From a bacterium (GTDB lineage: Bacteria; UBA8248), in the NCBI GenBank assembly GCA_965261085.1, contig OZ253442.1, positions 1,248,001 through 1,312,000 of the forward strand: a stretch of 64,000 nt of DNA. Direction: 5' to 3'. The notes under the pieces are model-generated. The model was not told the origin of the DNA and did no database searches. It saw only the letters and a program-made list of their open reading frames with translations. Shown here in pieces: positions 48,768-57,955 of the stretch. The position numbers and the translations under genes were made by a program. The stretch's first letter is position 1; every line of letters begins with the position of its first letter.

Positions 48768-49955
48768 TTATCGTTTTCTTCTGCCAGCAGCTATTGTGGC
48801 TATCGCATTTGCAATCGAGTCCATTTCTTCTTCCGTGTTCAAATAATGAATGGAAACTCTCACGGCGGGAGGCTCTGTTACCACTGCCCTAAGGATGATT
48901 TGGTGTCTCCTGTAGAGTCTTTCCACAACATTTTGAGATTCCACGTTCTCAATTCGAAAAGAAATCAGACCAGACTGAGCCTCTCCTTCGGGTGTAATGA
49001 CATCAACGTTCTTGATTGCACGTATTTGGGACAGCAGGCGATTCGCCAGCGCCAGAATTCTTTTTTCGATGGATACGGGCCCTGTTCTCTTAAAGTGTTC
49101 GACCGCAGTACGGAATCCCAAGAAACCGGATGTATGAAGAGTGCCGACTTCGTAACGCATGGCGCTCGGCTCCGGCGTAAAAGATAGGGTTTTTAATCTC
49201 TTTTTTTGAGCTGATCGAAAACTTGCAGATGAAAGATGAATCTTTTTGCCTGCTCCGCGTCTAATATACACGGCCCCCGTACCATCCGGACCCATCAGCC
49301 ATTTTTGGCCTGATATGGTGTAGACGTCTACGCCGGTGTCTTTGACTTTGACTGGTATATGCCCGACGGATTGGGCGCCGTCTACGATGAAGAGCGCGTC
49401 TGCTGAGACGCAGATTTGGCCGATTGCCTCCAAAGGGAATCTCCTCCCATTTAGCCATGAGATGTGACTCACACAAACCACTTTTGTTTTTGGGGTGATA
49501 GCCTTTTCTAAATTTCGGAGAAGTTCCTGATCATTTTTACCGGTTTTGAATAATTTCACTTTGATGGAATTTCTCTTGCGCCATATCAACCAGGGCAGGT
49601 AGCCGCTTGGATGCTCTAAATCCGAGACAAGTACTTCATCCCCTGCATTCCATGCCAATCCGGCCGCCGCAATGTTGATCCCGACCGTTGTATTATTCGT
49701 TAGGGCGATTTCTGAAACTTCTACGCCGATGAGTTTTGCGCAGCTCTCTCTAGTCCGTTTCTGAGCTGCGGTGGTTTCATTCCTGATTTTTGGGTGAAAT
49801 GAGCCGAGTTCTAAATCGCGTTTCGTGAACTTATCCATTTCACGAAGAATCGATTTGGAAGATGGTCCCCCTCCACCCCAATTTACATAAATCTGATTTG
49901 CCAGTGCCGGGACATCGGAACGCAAGCGTTGGATTTTATTATTGTCGAGAGGCAT
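48768..49955 (-). CDS. Class V PLP aminotransferase (cyst(e)ine lyase C-DES/EgtE-like)
   Basis: YVNWGGGGP, SDLEHPS, VDGAQSVG, SGQKWLMGP.GTG, RYEVGT, RVSIHYLNT. Confidence 0.85.
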   Translation of the reverse strand: MPLDNNKIQRLRSDVPALANQIYVNWGGGGPSSKSILREMDKFTKRDLELGSFHPKIRNETTAAQKRTRESCAKLIGVEVSEIALTNNTTVGINIAAAGLAWNAGDEVLVSDLEHPSGYLPWLIWRKRNSIKVKLFKTGKNDQELLRNLEKAITPKTKVVCVSHISWLNGRRFPLEAIGQICVSADALFIVDGAQSVGHIPVKVKDTGVDVYTISGQKWLMGPDGTGAVYIRRGAGKKIHLSSASFRSAQKKRLKTLSFTPEPSAMRYEVGTLHTSGFLGFRTAVEHFKRTGPVSIEKRILALANRLLSQIRAIKNVDVITPEGEAQSGLISFRIENVESQNVVERLYRRHQIILRAVVTEPPAVRVSIHYLNTEEEMDSIANAIATIAAGRRKR

Positions 49956-49982
49956 TTTTTATTCCTTATGCATACAGGGATT

Positions 49983-51893
49983 TTATCTCGCGTCTGGCCG
50001 AAGCACTCTTTTGTCTCCCACCCGTAGCGTAACGCGTGCGGTATCGAAATATTCAAGCAAAGGTATGGCGTGTTTTCTTGTGATGCCCAACAGGTCCCGA
50101 AATTCCGCCGCCGAAATTTCGTTGTTGAGTGATAGATGTTCTTTAAGGAGGTTTTCTGCTTCGTTTAAAGCATTTTTATGATAGATAATGTTATCCTTCA
50201 GTCGCAGTAAGGCGCCTTGGTCGATGAGGATTTGCAAGGCATTTCGATTTGAGTTGTCTTTGTCGTCGCTGTGTGAGAATGCGTCTTCGACGGATGGCGG
50301 TTGAAAGTGGGCAATCTCGAAAATCTTCTCTAGTTTTGTTTTCACTTCTCCGAGTGTTTCATCAATTTCTACTGAATGGGAAGCGAGCCTTAGGATGGCG
50401 CCATTTTCAACTATTTCGTTTGATTCGCTTAAGTGTTTAAGTGCGGCGGCAAAGATTTTTTCATTGATGTCGCCTGCCTTACCGCGAACTTCTTCCTTAG
50501 GTGCTCCTGTGCGAAGAGGGTTCTCAGTATGATATTTCTTCAAAAAAGTGAGAATATTTTTTTGGGCTGTGTTGAAGTGGGCTGTAGTCATCGAGAAAAA
50601 ATTGACTTGGTCGATAATTTGCACTTCTCCTTGAGCAGCTAATTCTTGAATGGTTTTTTCGATGTCACTTCGCTTGAGTGTGAGACGGCCTGTGAGGACA
50701 GTGAGATCAACCCCATTCAACCGTGAGTCCTGGAGTAAAATGAGCAATCTTTCCGTCTCATCACCTTGATAAAGTGATTTCAAGTGATCTATAGACGAAC
50801 TCCGCAATCGTCTATGCTTGCGAGGCATAATATCCAAGATTTCCCCGCCACCTATCGTGATGATTGGCGAATAACTTCTGATGACAAATCGATCTCTGGG
50901 CAGTACGACGATAGGTTCCTCCAGCCGTATTTGGGCAAATGAATTATCTCCCGGTTCGAGCACATCTCGTCCGATGAGAGATATCCTGCCCATGATTTCA
51001 GCGGTACCTGCATGGAAGCGAATACGATTCCGGGTTTTCAAAGGACGAGGTGCGTCGGCCAGATGCTCAAGATGAACATCGAGCATATACGTTGTTTTCA
51101 GTTCACCACGATGACCGATGATGTCTCCCCTGAACACCTCCGCTCGCTCGAGGCCCTGAAGATTCACGGCGGTTCTGAGGCCGGCAGTCGATTTTTCCAC
51201 GGACTCCCCATGTACTTGTAAGCCACGAACGCGCGCCTGAAGAGCCTTTGGGTAAACTTCAATTTGTTCACCTACAGCCACACTTCCACTGAGCAAGGTT
51301 CCCGTTATCACGACACCGAAGCCCCGCATCGTGAATACACGGTCAATCGGTATTCGAAAGATACCCGTTTCGCTTTTTGCAGGCGTCTGATTTGCGATTT
51401 CGACCAAAGCTTTTTTGAGATTTTCCAGACCATCTCCAGTGTGAGCCGAAACCGGCACAATGGGTTTTTCTTCCAAAAAGGTATCTTTGACGAAGTTTTG
51501 TATATCGTCCATCACAAGTTCAACCCATTCTGGTTCGACCAGATCTGTTTTGGTGAGCACGATGAGGCCGGTTTTTACCCCGAGAAGTCGGCAAATCGAC
51601 AAATGCTCCCTCGTTTGCGGCATGACGCCTTCATCGGCAGCAATGATCAGCATCACCAAATCGATCCCTCCGACTCCTGCCAACATGTTTTTTACGAATC
51701 GTTCATGGCCCGGAACATCCACGATACCTGCGTGGATGTTACCGAGAATCAACTCCGCAAACCCGAGCTCGATGGTGATGCCGCGTTCTTTTTCTTCTTT
51801 TAGGCGATCAGTGTCTGTGCCGGTTAACGCTTTGACGAGAGAGGTTTTGCCATGATCAATGTGGCCAGCGGTTCCGATGACAACATGTTTCAT
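49983..51893 (-). CDS. selB: Selenocysteine-specific elongation factor
   Basis: [11 protein letters not shown]...[26 protein letters not shown]-terminal winged helices ending [19 protein letters not shown]...RVGDKR. Confidence 0.96.
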   Translation of the reverse strand: MKHVVIGTAGHIDHGKTSLVKALTGTDTDRLKEEKERGITIELGFAELILGNIHAGIVDVPGHERFVKNMLAGVGGIDLVMLIIAADEGVMPQTREHLSICRLLGVKTGLIVLTKTDLVEPEWVELVMDDIQNFVKDTFLEEKPIVPVSAHTGDGLENLKKALVEIANQTPAKSETGIFRIPIDRVFTMRGFGVVITGTLLSGSVAVGEQIEVYPKALQARVRGLQVHGESVEKSTAGLRTAVNLQGLERAEVFRGDIIGHRGELKTTYMLDVHLEHLADAPRPLKTRNRIRFHAGTAEIMGRISLIGRDVLEPGDNSFAQIRLEEPIVVLPRDRFVIRSYSPIITIGGGEILDIMPRKHRRLRSSSIDHLKSLYQGDETERLLILLQDSRLNGVDLTVLTGRLTLKRSDIEKTIQELAAQGEVQIIDQVNFFSMTTAHFNTAQKNILTFLKKYHTENPLRTGAPKEEVRGKAGDINEKIFAAALKHLSESNEIVENGAILRLASHSVEIDETLGEVKTKLEKIFEIAHFQPPSVEDAFSHSDDKDNSNRNALQILIDQGALLRLKDNIIYHKNALNEAENLLKEHLSLNNEISAAEFRDLLGITRKHAIPLLEYFDTARVTLRVGDKRVLRPDAR

Positions 51894-51941
51894 AAGATGG
51901 CTTCGCCTTCGTGGTTGATAGGCGAGATATAAAAATATCGA

Positions 51942-52745
51942 TTAGTCATGGCGATGGATGAATTCAAGGATCGATTCATTGAATTCAACCGGTTTTTCAA
52001 GATATACGAAATGGCCGCCTTCATCAAAAATTTTCAATTCAGCTCCAGGGATGGCATCGCTCAATTGGTGAGAATAATAGAGGGGAGTGACGACATCGTC
52101 TCTTGCCACTGCCACCAGCACTGGACTTGTGATTTGACCCAAGCGGTCCAACTGGTCATGCGCAATAATGCACTCGATTCTCTCGGCCATAATCTCAGCC
52201 GGAGGCGCGTTTGCAATCGATTGGTTTTCCTGCAATTGGATTGTCTGAAAGTTGTCGGTGAAAAACTTTGGGCTATGCAAGGTGAAGGTAGAAAACCTCG
52301 TGTAAGTCTCCCATCCCATCCCGAGCAAGACTTCTTTGCGTACACGAAACTGGCGGGTGAAATATTCGTCGCTCTTGGGCCAGGAACTTACTATGGAGCC
52401 GCTTTTGACACGGCCGGGATAGTCAATGCACATTACTTGGATGATGGCTCCGCCGGTTGAACTGCCGACGAGATGCGCTTTTTCTATTCCTAGGTCATCC
52501 ATGATAGCGGTGATATCTTTCGCCATGTTGGGAACGCTGTATACCCCGCTCGGTTTTGCGCTATTTCCTGTTCCCCTATGGTCATGAAGGATGAGTGGCC
52601 TGGTCGCAGAAAAAGCATCGATTTGCTTCGTCCATGATGCACGAATGCCTCCCAGCCCGCTGATCAGGAAAACAGGCGTATCGTTATGCTGGGGGTTGAT
52701 GACTTCATAATCTATTGCAACACCTTCGGAATTAACGGTTGGCAT
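51942..52745 (-). CDS. Alpha/beta hydrolase (RutD/PcaD-like)
   Basis: SGLGG, DHRGTGNS, GSSTGG nucleophile elbow, DD.VTP, GGH. Confidence 0.85.
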   Translation of the reverse strand: MPTVNSEGVAIDYEVINPQHNDTPVFLISGLGGIRASWTKQIDAFSATRPLILHDHRGTGNSAKPSGVYSVPNMAKDITAIMDDLGIEKAHLVGSSTGGAIIQVMCIDYPGRVKSGSIVSSWPKSDEYFTRQFRVRKEVLLGMGWETYTRFSTFTLHSPKFFTDNFQTIQLQENQSIANAPPAEIMAERIECIIAHDQLDRLGQITSPVLVAVARDDVVTPLYYSHQLSDAIPGAELKIFDEGGHFVYLEKPVEFNESILEFIHRHD

Positions 52746-52806
52746 CGGAAAATTGTCCCCTGTTTTCGTGTTAGCGAGAGAAATGAAATCCAGACAAGGT
52801 CGAAGA

Positions 52807-54249
52807 TTACTTTGCGAATTCGTTGAGAATCACGCCAAGTTGATTTATTTCCCCTACTCTAATGCATCGCAGGTCTAATATTACTTTATCCTCATGAATG
52901 CGTGCCACAACAGGTGGAGTAGCATTGCGCAGCTTGGTTTCCAACGATTTGGCGGAAAAATTTTTGGGAGATAATGTCACAGCGTAACTATCGAGTTTCG
53001 CCAGGGGCATTGCCCCGCCGCCTACCATCCCCGAAGTTTCTTCCACCTTGGCGCCGAGCACGGAACAAGTATGTTCCCCCATCAGATTCATCAAAGATTC
53101 CGCCTGTTTTTTCAGTTTTTCCCGGTTGGTGGACAACATTTGAAGAATCGGGATCTGGGTGTGGGCAGCATCAGGATCTAGATACACCCTGAGTGTTGCT
53201 TCTAATGCGGCGAGCGTTAGCTTATCCAGCCTGAGAATGCGCATGAGAGGATGTTTTTTCATTTTCTCTATCCATGTCGCCTTGCCTACAACAATCCCAG
53301 CCTGCGGGCCGCCGAGTAGTTTGTCTCCGGAAAAAGTAACGACATCGATTCCCGCTCGGATTGACTCTAGGACGGTGGGTTCATGAGGCAAACCATCAAT
53401 ATCAATCAGCGAACCGCTCCCCAGATCTTCTAGCGTGGGTATATTTGTTTCCCTGCTGAGTTTTGAGAGTTCATCGCGAGATACTTCTTCCGTAAAGCCG
53501 ACAATCCTGTAATTACTTGTATGTGCTTTCAGCAGCAATGCCGTATGTTGGGTGATGGCGTTGCGGTAGTCGTTTATTCTCGTTTTGTTGGTTGTCCCTA
53601 CTTCTATTAATTTTGCGCCGCTTTGGCGCATGATATCCGGAATTCGGAAAGAATCACCGATTTCGACCAGCTCTCCTCGTGAAACGATTACTTCAGCGGA
53701 ATTGGCCATCGTATGAATCGCGAACATCACGGCTGCAGCGTTGTTGTTGACGACCAATGCCGCCTCCGCCCCTGTAAGTTGGCAAAGAAGAGATTCCACA
53801 TCTACTCCTCTTTTTCCTCTCCGTCCGAGGTTCAAATCGAATTCCAGGTTTGAATATCCCTGGGTCACATCATTGAGGGCGGACCTTGCTGCCTCACTTA
53901 ATGGCGCTCGACCCAGATTTGTGTGCAGCACGATTCCTGTGGCATTAATGACTTTTTTCAAGCCAAGTTGTTTATTCGAAGAAAGGATTTGTTTTGCTTC
54001 ATTTAGAACGATATCCCGAAGCGTTTGCTCGGACAGCGATGCGTTTTCCGTAGGATTCGGGAATTCCTGGTTCGTTTGTTCAAGTAGAAGCTGTCTTTTC
54101 GTTCCGATTGCTTTTCTGACGGCATCGGATAGGGCGGTGTCTGATGAGCTATTTACACCGTCATTTTTGAGGCGGGTAACGATTTCATCCACCGAAGGTA
54201 ATAGCCGAAGCAGTTTGGATTGAAAATTTCGAGCGTCTGGAGAAGTCAT
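52807..54249 (-). CDS. selA: L-seryl-tRNA(Sec) selenium transferase
   Basis: VINATGIVLHTNLGRAPL, VVNNNAAAV, SRGELVEIG.SFRIPD, EVGTTN, FSGDKLLGGPQAG; likely start ATG 54249. Confidence 0.96.
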   Translation of the reverse strand: MTSPDARNFQSKLLRLLPSVDEIVTRLKNDGVNSSSDTALSDAVRKAIGTKRQLLLEQTNQEFPNPTENASLSEQTLRDIVLNEAKQILSSNKQLGLKKVINATGIVLHTNLGRAPLSEAARSALNDVTQGYSNLEFDLNLGRRGKRGVDVESLLCQLTGAEAALVVNNNAAAVMFAIHTMANSAEVIVSRGELVEIGDSFRIPDIMRQSGAKLIEVGTTNKTRINDYRNAITQHTALLLKAHTSNYRIVGFTEEVSRDELSKLSRETNIPTLEDLGSGSLIDIDGLPHEPTVLESIRAGIDVVTFSGDKLLGGPQAGIVVGKATWIEKMKKHPLMRILRLDKLTLAALEATLRVYLDPDAAHTQIPILQMLSTNREKLKKQAESLMNLMGEHTCSVLGAKVEETSGMVGGGAMPLAKLDSYAVTLSPKNFSAKSLETKLRNATPPVVARIHEDKVILDLRCIRVGEINQLGVILNEFAK

Positions 54250-54429
54250 GCCGCATCCCTTATATGAATACGAAGGATGACTATAAGATTGCAGGTTTTG
54301 AATGGTCAAGTCGTCAGGATCAAGGTCGGCTGAAGACTCATGGTGGCCATGGAGGGAGGTCATTTTCAAACAGCGGATAAAGGACGCGAAGAATTTGCTG
54401 TGTCGGGATTTCCCGAACCTTGATTCATC

Positions 54430-54458
54430 TTGACACTTACCTGACCCCCTGATAGTGT
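54430..54458 (+). promoter_or_regulatory. Putative sigma70 promoter
   Basis: TTGACA-17-TAGTGT upstream of ATG 54556. Confidence 0.5.
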
Positions 54459-54555
54459 TCGCGCCTAATCCATGTTTGCCTATGAGTTTTAACTAGCTGT
54501 TTACATTTCGTTTATTTAGATTTGGTTTTTCGGAACTTCGAAGGCAGGGTAGTAG

Positions 54556-55470
54556 ATGAACTCCCCCCAGAATAACCCTCCGATTTTTGTTCCTGACAAA
54601 AGTAAAGTTGTCGTTCCGTTTATGCGCGATGTTTTTACGATTCCCAGGAATTCTCGCCATAAGCCCAATCTCATTGGGTCTGTTTGTAGGGAATGCGAGG
54701 AGTATTTTTTCCCGAAAACCGGGTCGAAAACCACTTGCGACAACCCGGTTTGTCCGCGTAGCACGAGCGAAGTGCTTCTGAGCGGGAAGGGCAAACTTCT
54801 TTCGGCCACGATCACGCGTTCTTCCGTAGACGGGAATGTAGAACATGTCTCCGCGGTCATACTCCTGGATGAGGGGATAAAGATAAATTCCCACTTGATT
54901 GACTGGGAAGGTTACCGGGACATGTTGGTTCCCGGTTCTCCGGTGGAACTCGTGTTGCAGGATCTCGGAGAGAATGAATGGCGTGAAACGCAGGTGGGCT
55001 ATGCTTTTCGCTTGATGACAGGACGTAGAAAACCCGTATTCCCGCCTACGGAAGAAGAAAAACGGGCGGCCGAGGCGGCGCGCGCAGAAGATGAGAAAAA
55101 AGCGAAAAAACAACGGGCGCGGCAGAAAAAAGCTGCAGCGCAGAAAAAGCGAACGGCAGCCAGGAAAAAAGCCCCCGTTGTGAAGAAAAAAACGACTGCC
55201 GCTCCCAAGAAAACCACTACGGCGAATAGCAAAACGGCCAGCTCTCAAGGGAAAGCGGCTGCCGCAAAGAAAAAAGCGGCAACGACGCGGAAAACGGCGG
55301 CTAAAAAGAAAACGCTCGCCGGCAAAGCCGTGAATACTGCCAAGAAGAGGACTCCCGCTAGAAAAATCGCTGCAAACAAGGCGGCCAAGGCGAAGGCTCC
55401 GAAGAAAACAGCGGTGAAAAAGACCACTCAGAAGAAAACTGCCTCCAAAACCACCAGGAAGCGCCGCTAG
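54556..55470 (+). CDS. DUF35-like Zn-ribbon/OB-fold protein with a long Lys/Ala/Thr-rich (histone H1-like) tail
   Basis: LIGSVCREC..YFFP...C...C, LSGKGKLLS.T, I.LDEG, G.PVELV, YAFR, then KKAAAQKK.. low complexity. Confidence 0.75.
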   Translation: MNSPQNNPPIFVPDKSKVVVPFMRDVFTIPRNSRHKPNLIGSVCRECEEYFFPKTGSKTTCDNPVCPRSTSEVLLSGKGKLLSATITRSSVDGNVEHVSAVILLDEGIKINSHLIDWEGYRDMLVPGSPVELVLQDLGENEWRETQVGYAFRLMTGRRKPVFPPTEEEKRAAEAARAEDEKKAKKQRARQKKAAAQKKRTAARKKAPVVKKKTTAAPKKTTTANSKTASSQGKAAAAKKKAATTRKTAAKKKTLAGKAVNTAKKRTPARKIAANKAAKAKAPKKTAVKKTTQKKTASKTTRKRR

Positions 55471-55488
55471 AGAGAATTTACTCATCCG

Positions 55489-56655
55489 ATGCCACTCCTC
55501 CAGGGTTTGAAAGTCGTTGACGCCAGCCAGTTCAATGCCGGCCCCATCGTATCGCTCTATCTCGCGGGCTATGGGGCGGAAGTCATCAAGGTGGAGCGCC
55601 CCGGCGGAGAGGACAGCCGCGCCATCGGTCCTTTCAAAAACGGCGAGAGCAGCTATTTTATGAGCCTGAATCGCGGCAAGCGCTCCATCACGCTTGATCT
55701 CAAAAACCCGGAAGGTGTGGAGGTGTTCAGGAAGCTTTGCCGCGGGGCGGATGTTCTGGTGGAAAACCTCCTCCCCGGCGTGATGGATCGTCTGGGCGTC
55801 GGCTGGGAGGTACTGAAAGCCGAAAATCCCAGGCTCATATACGGCGCGGTCTCAGGCTTCGGCCAGAGCGGGAAAAACGCGAGGCGCCCCGCCTTCGACA
55901 GCCTCTTGCAAGCCGCGGGCGGCCTCATCAGCGTGACGGGGCCTGTGGACGGAGAGCCCGTGCGCGTGGGCGTCTCTATTGTCGACGTGGCGAGCGGCCT
56001 CTACCTCCTCTCGGGCGTTCTCACCGCCCTGTTCCGCCGAGAACGCACCGGAGAAGGCATGCGCGTGGATGCCTCGATGATGGGCGCGACCGTCAACATC
56101 ATGGAAAACCCGGTGGCGCGCCACACCTTTACAGGCCAAGTACCTGAACCAGAAGGGCTTTCCCATCCGGTGGTCTCTCCCTTTTCGGGCTATAAGACGA
56201 AGGACGGCCTCATATTCGTGGCAATCTCGAACACGAACCGCTACCGCGTATTCCTCGAAGCCATTGAAAAGCCTGCGCTCGCTGACGATCCCCGCTTCGC
56301 CGAGAACAAAGACCGCGTGGCGAACGACGCCGCCCTGCGCGCGATTCTCGAGGATATCCTCACTGAAAAGACGACCGCCGAGTGGGAGGAACTCCTTATT
56401 CCCCAAGGGGTTACGGTGAGCGCCATCAACGACGTGGCGCAGGTGAAAGAGCGCTTCCCGGAGGCCTTCGTCGAGGTCGACCACCCCGCGGCGGGGCCTG
56501 GGCTTCTGCCCGCCTCACCCTTGACGTTCGCAGGCGTTACCCCTGATTTTTCAAGGCCTTCGCCGGTGGTGGGCGAGCACACGCAAGCGATTCTCGCTGA
56601 ATTGGGCTACTCGGCGGAGGAAATCGCCCGCCTGCGCGCCGAAAGCGTCGTGTAA
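55489..56655 (+). CDS. Family III CoA transferase (CaiB/BaiF)
   Basis: GAEVIKVE, LNRGKRSITLDLK, ADVLVEN, SGFGQSG, GEHTQAILAELGY. Confidence 0.92.
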   Translation: MPLLQGLKVVDASQFNAGPIVSLYLAGYGAEVIKVERPGGEDSRAIGPFKNGESSYFMSLNRGKRSITLDLKNPEGVEVFRKLCRGADVLVENLLPGVMDRLGVGWEVLKAENPRLIYGAVSGFGQSGKNARRPAFDSLLQAAGGLISVTGPVDGEPVRVGVSIVDVASGLYLLSGVLTALFRRERTGEGMRVDASMMGATVNIMENPVARHTFTGQVPEPEGLSHPVVSPFSGYKTKDGLIFVAISNTNRYRVFLEAIEKPALADDPRFAENKDRVANDAALRAILEDILTEKTTAEWEELLIPQGVTVSAINDVAQVKERFPEAFVEVDHPAAGPGLLPASPLTFAGVTPDFSRPSPVVGEHTQAILAELGYSAEEIARLRAESVV

Positions 56656-56713
56656 TCTCTAACTATCTAATAAACAATCGCTTACAGAGATGTTTTCCCG
56701 TTCCAGGCATTCC

Positions 56714-56763
56714 CGAAAAACCCCGTTAATTTATCGAAAAACCCCGTGAATTTATCGATATTT
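56714..56763. repeat. Two tandem 21-bp units CGAAAAACCCCGT(T/G)AATTTAT; includes the inverted copy of 43939-43973
   Basis: Read directly from the sequence. Confidence 0.8.
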
Positions 56764-57045
56764 ATCGTATTGTTTACTTGTTTTTTAGCTATGGAAGGGA
56801 TGTTCGGGATGGTGCGGCCGGGTGCCGGTGAAACAGCGTCGCGGGGTCGGCTCTTCCCGGCTCGGAAGCGATGGGCCGAGGCGCCACTTGGGCCGATGGG
56901 TCTGCCCGCTTCCGGTGGGGATGAGCGCCGCCTTTCTCGAGGCGCGGCCCGTGGTGTAATCTACACACGCGCGCAGGTTTAGCGCGATGCGCAAGTGCGG
57001 GCAAATGCTGGCTCAAAGCCGAACGGGGTCAATCGCGACCGAGTA

Positions 57046-57237
57046 GGGGCTGTTGAAAAAGCCTTTGTCAAGGGAGCAACCCCCCTGTCCCCCCTTGTCA
57101 GGGGGGTAAAGGCGATGCCCCCCGACGAGGGGGTGGAAGAAAAGCCCCCCTGACAAGGGGGGACAGGGGGGTTGCTTTTACCAGTCGAAAGGGGTGTCCC
57201 CTCTACTCTCTAAAAAGGGGTCTTTTTCAACAACCCC
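57046..57237. mobile_element. 192-bp MITE-like element
   Basis: TIRs GGGGCTGTTGAAAAAG / CTTTTTCAACAACCCC (15/16), flanking GAGTA direct repeat, internal CCCCCTTGTCAGGGGGG inverted pair. Confidence 0.8.
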
Positions 57238-57374
57238 GAGTAGGGAGTGATTGCAGTTTGCCGCCCGCGCACGGATGCGGGGCGGACTCGAATTCAGAGC
57301 GCGCTTGCTGTCTCTACCGGGTCGATTCCGCAGGCGCCATGCGCCGTCCCCCAAATGCCTCGGGAGTATGAAAA

Positions 57375-57794
57375 ATGCTCATTGTGAACGAGAGGCTCCG
57401 AATCCCTTTGCGGGAAATCCACTTTCAGTTCGCGCGAAGCTCCGGCCCCGGCGGGCAGAACGTGAACAAGGTGTCGAGCAAGGCGGTGCTGCGCTGGAAC
57501 ATGGCCGCCTCGCCGAGCGCGCCCGATGACGTGAAGGAAAGGCTCCGCGCGCTCCACCCGCGCCGCGTGACGCGCGAGGGCGAGGTCGTCATCACGAGTA
57601 GCCGCTTTCGCGATCAGGGCCGAAACGTCGCCGATTGCCTCGAAAAGCTGCGCGCCGCCCTCGCCGAAGTCTCTACGCCTCCCAAACCCAGACGCCCCAC
57701 GCGCCCCACCCGCTCATCGGCCGAAAAACGCCTCCAGGAAAAACGCGAACGCGCCGAGAAGAAGAGGAAGAGGGGGAAGGTCAATCCCGACTGA
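57375..57794 (+). CDS. arfB: Alternative ribosome rescue factor B (peptidyl-tRNA hydrolase)
   Basis: ARSSGPGGQNVNKVSSK, R.Q.RN, basic tail PKPRRPTRPTRSS.EKRL.EK. Confidence 0.95.
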   Translation: MLIVNERLRIPLREIHFQFARSSGPGGQNVNKVSSKAVLRWNMAASPSAPDDVKERLRALHPRRVTREGEVVITSSRFRDQGRNVADCLEKLRAALAEVSTPPKPRRPTRPTRSSAEKRLQEKRERAEKKRKRGKVNPD

Positions 57795-57904
57795 GGAGGG
57801 AGGGATTGCGAGGCGAGGGGGTGTTCCGCTTGACCGGTTCGATTTTCGAAAGATAGACTCGCGTTCCGCCCGATTGGTGTTTCTTTACATTTGTTTTGTC
57901 ATTT

Positions 57905-57930
57905 GTAGGGGCCGTTCGCGAACGGCCCTA
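57905..57930. repeat. GTAG-type REP palindrome
   Basis: GTAGGGGCCGTTCGCGAACGGCCCTA. Confidence 0.7.
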
Positions 57931-57955
57931 TTCCATCAGGTATGCGAGCGATAAA

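Noticed and set aside
54250-54369. 40-aa N-terminal extension of SelA given by the ORF track
   Set aside because: No similarity to SelA; the family-like sequence starts near ATG 54249.
54250-54430. Possible selC (tRNA-Sec) upstream of selA because of TTCAAA at about 54365
   Set aside because: No pairing anticodon stem, T-loop (GTTCRA) or acceptor stem could be built around it.
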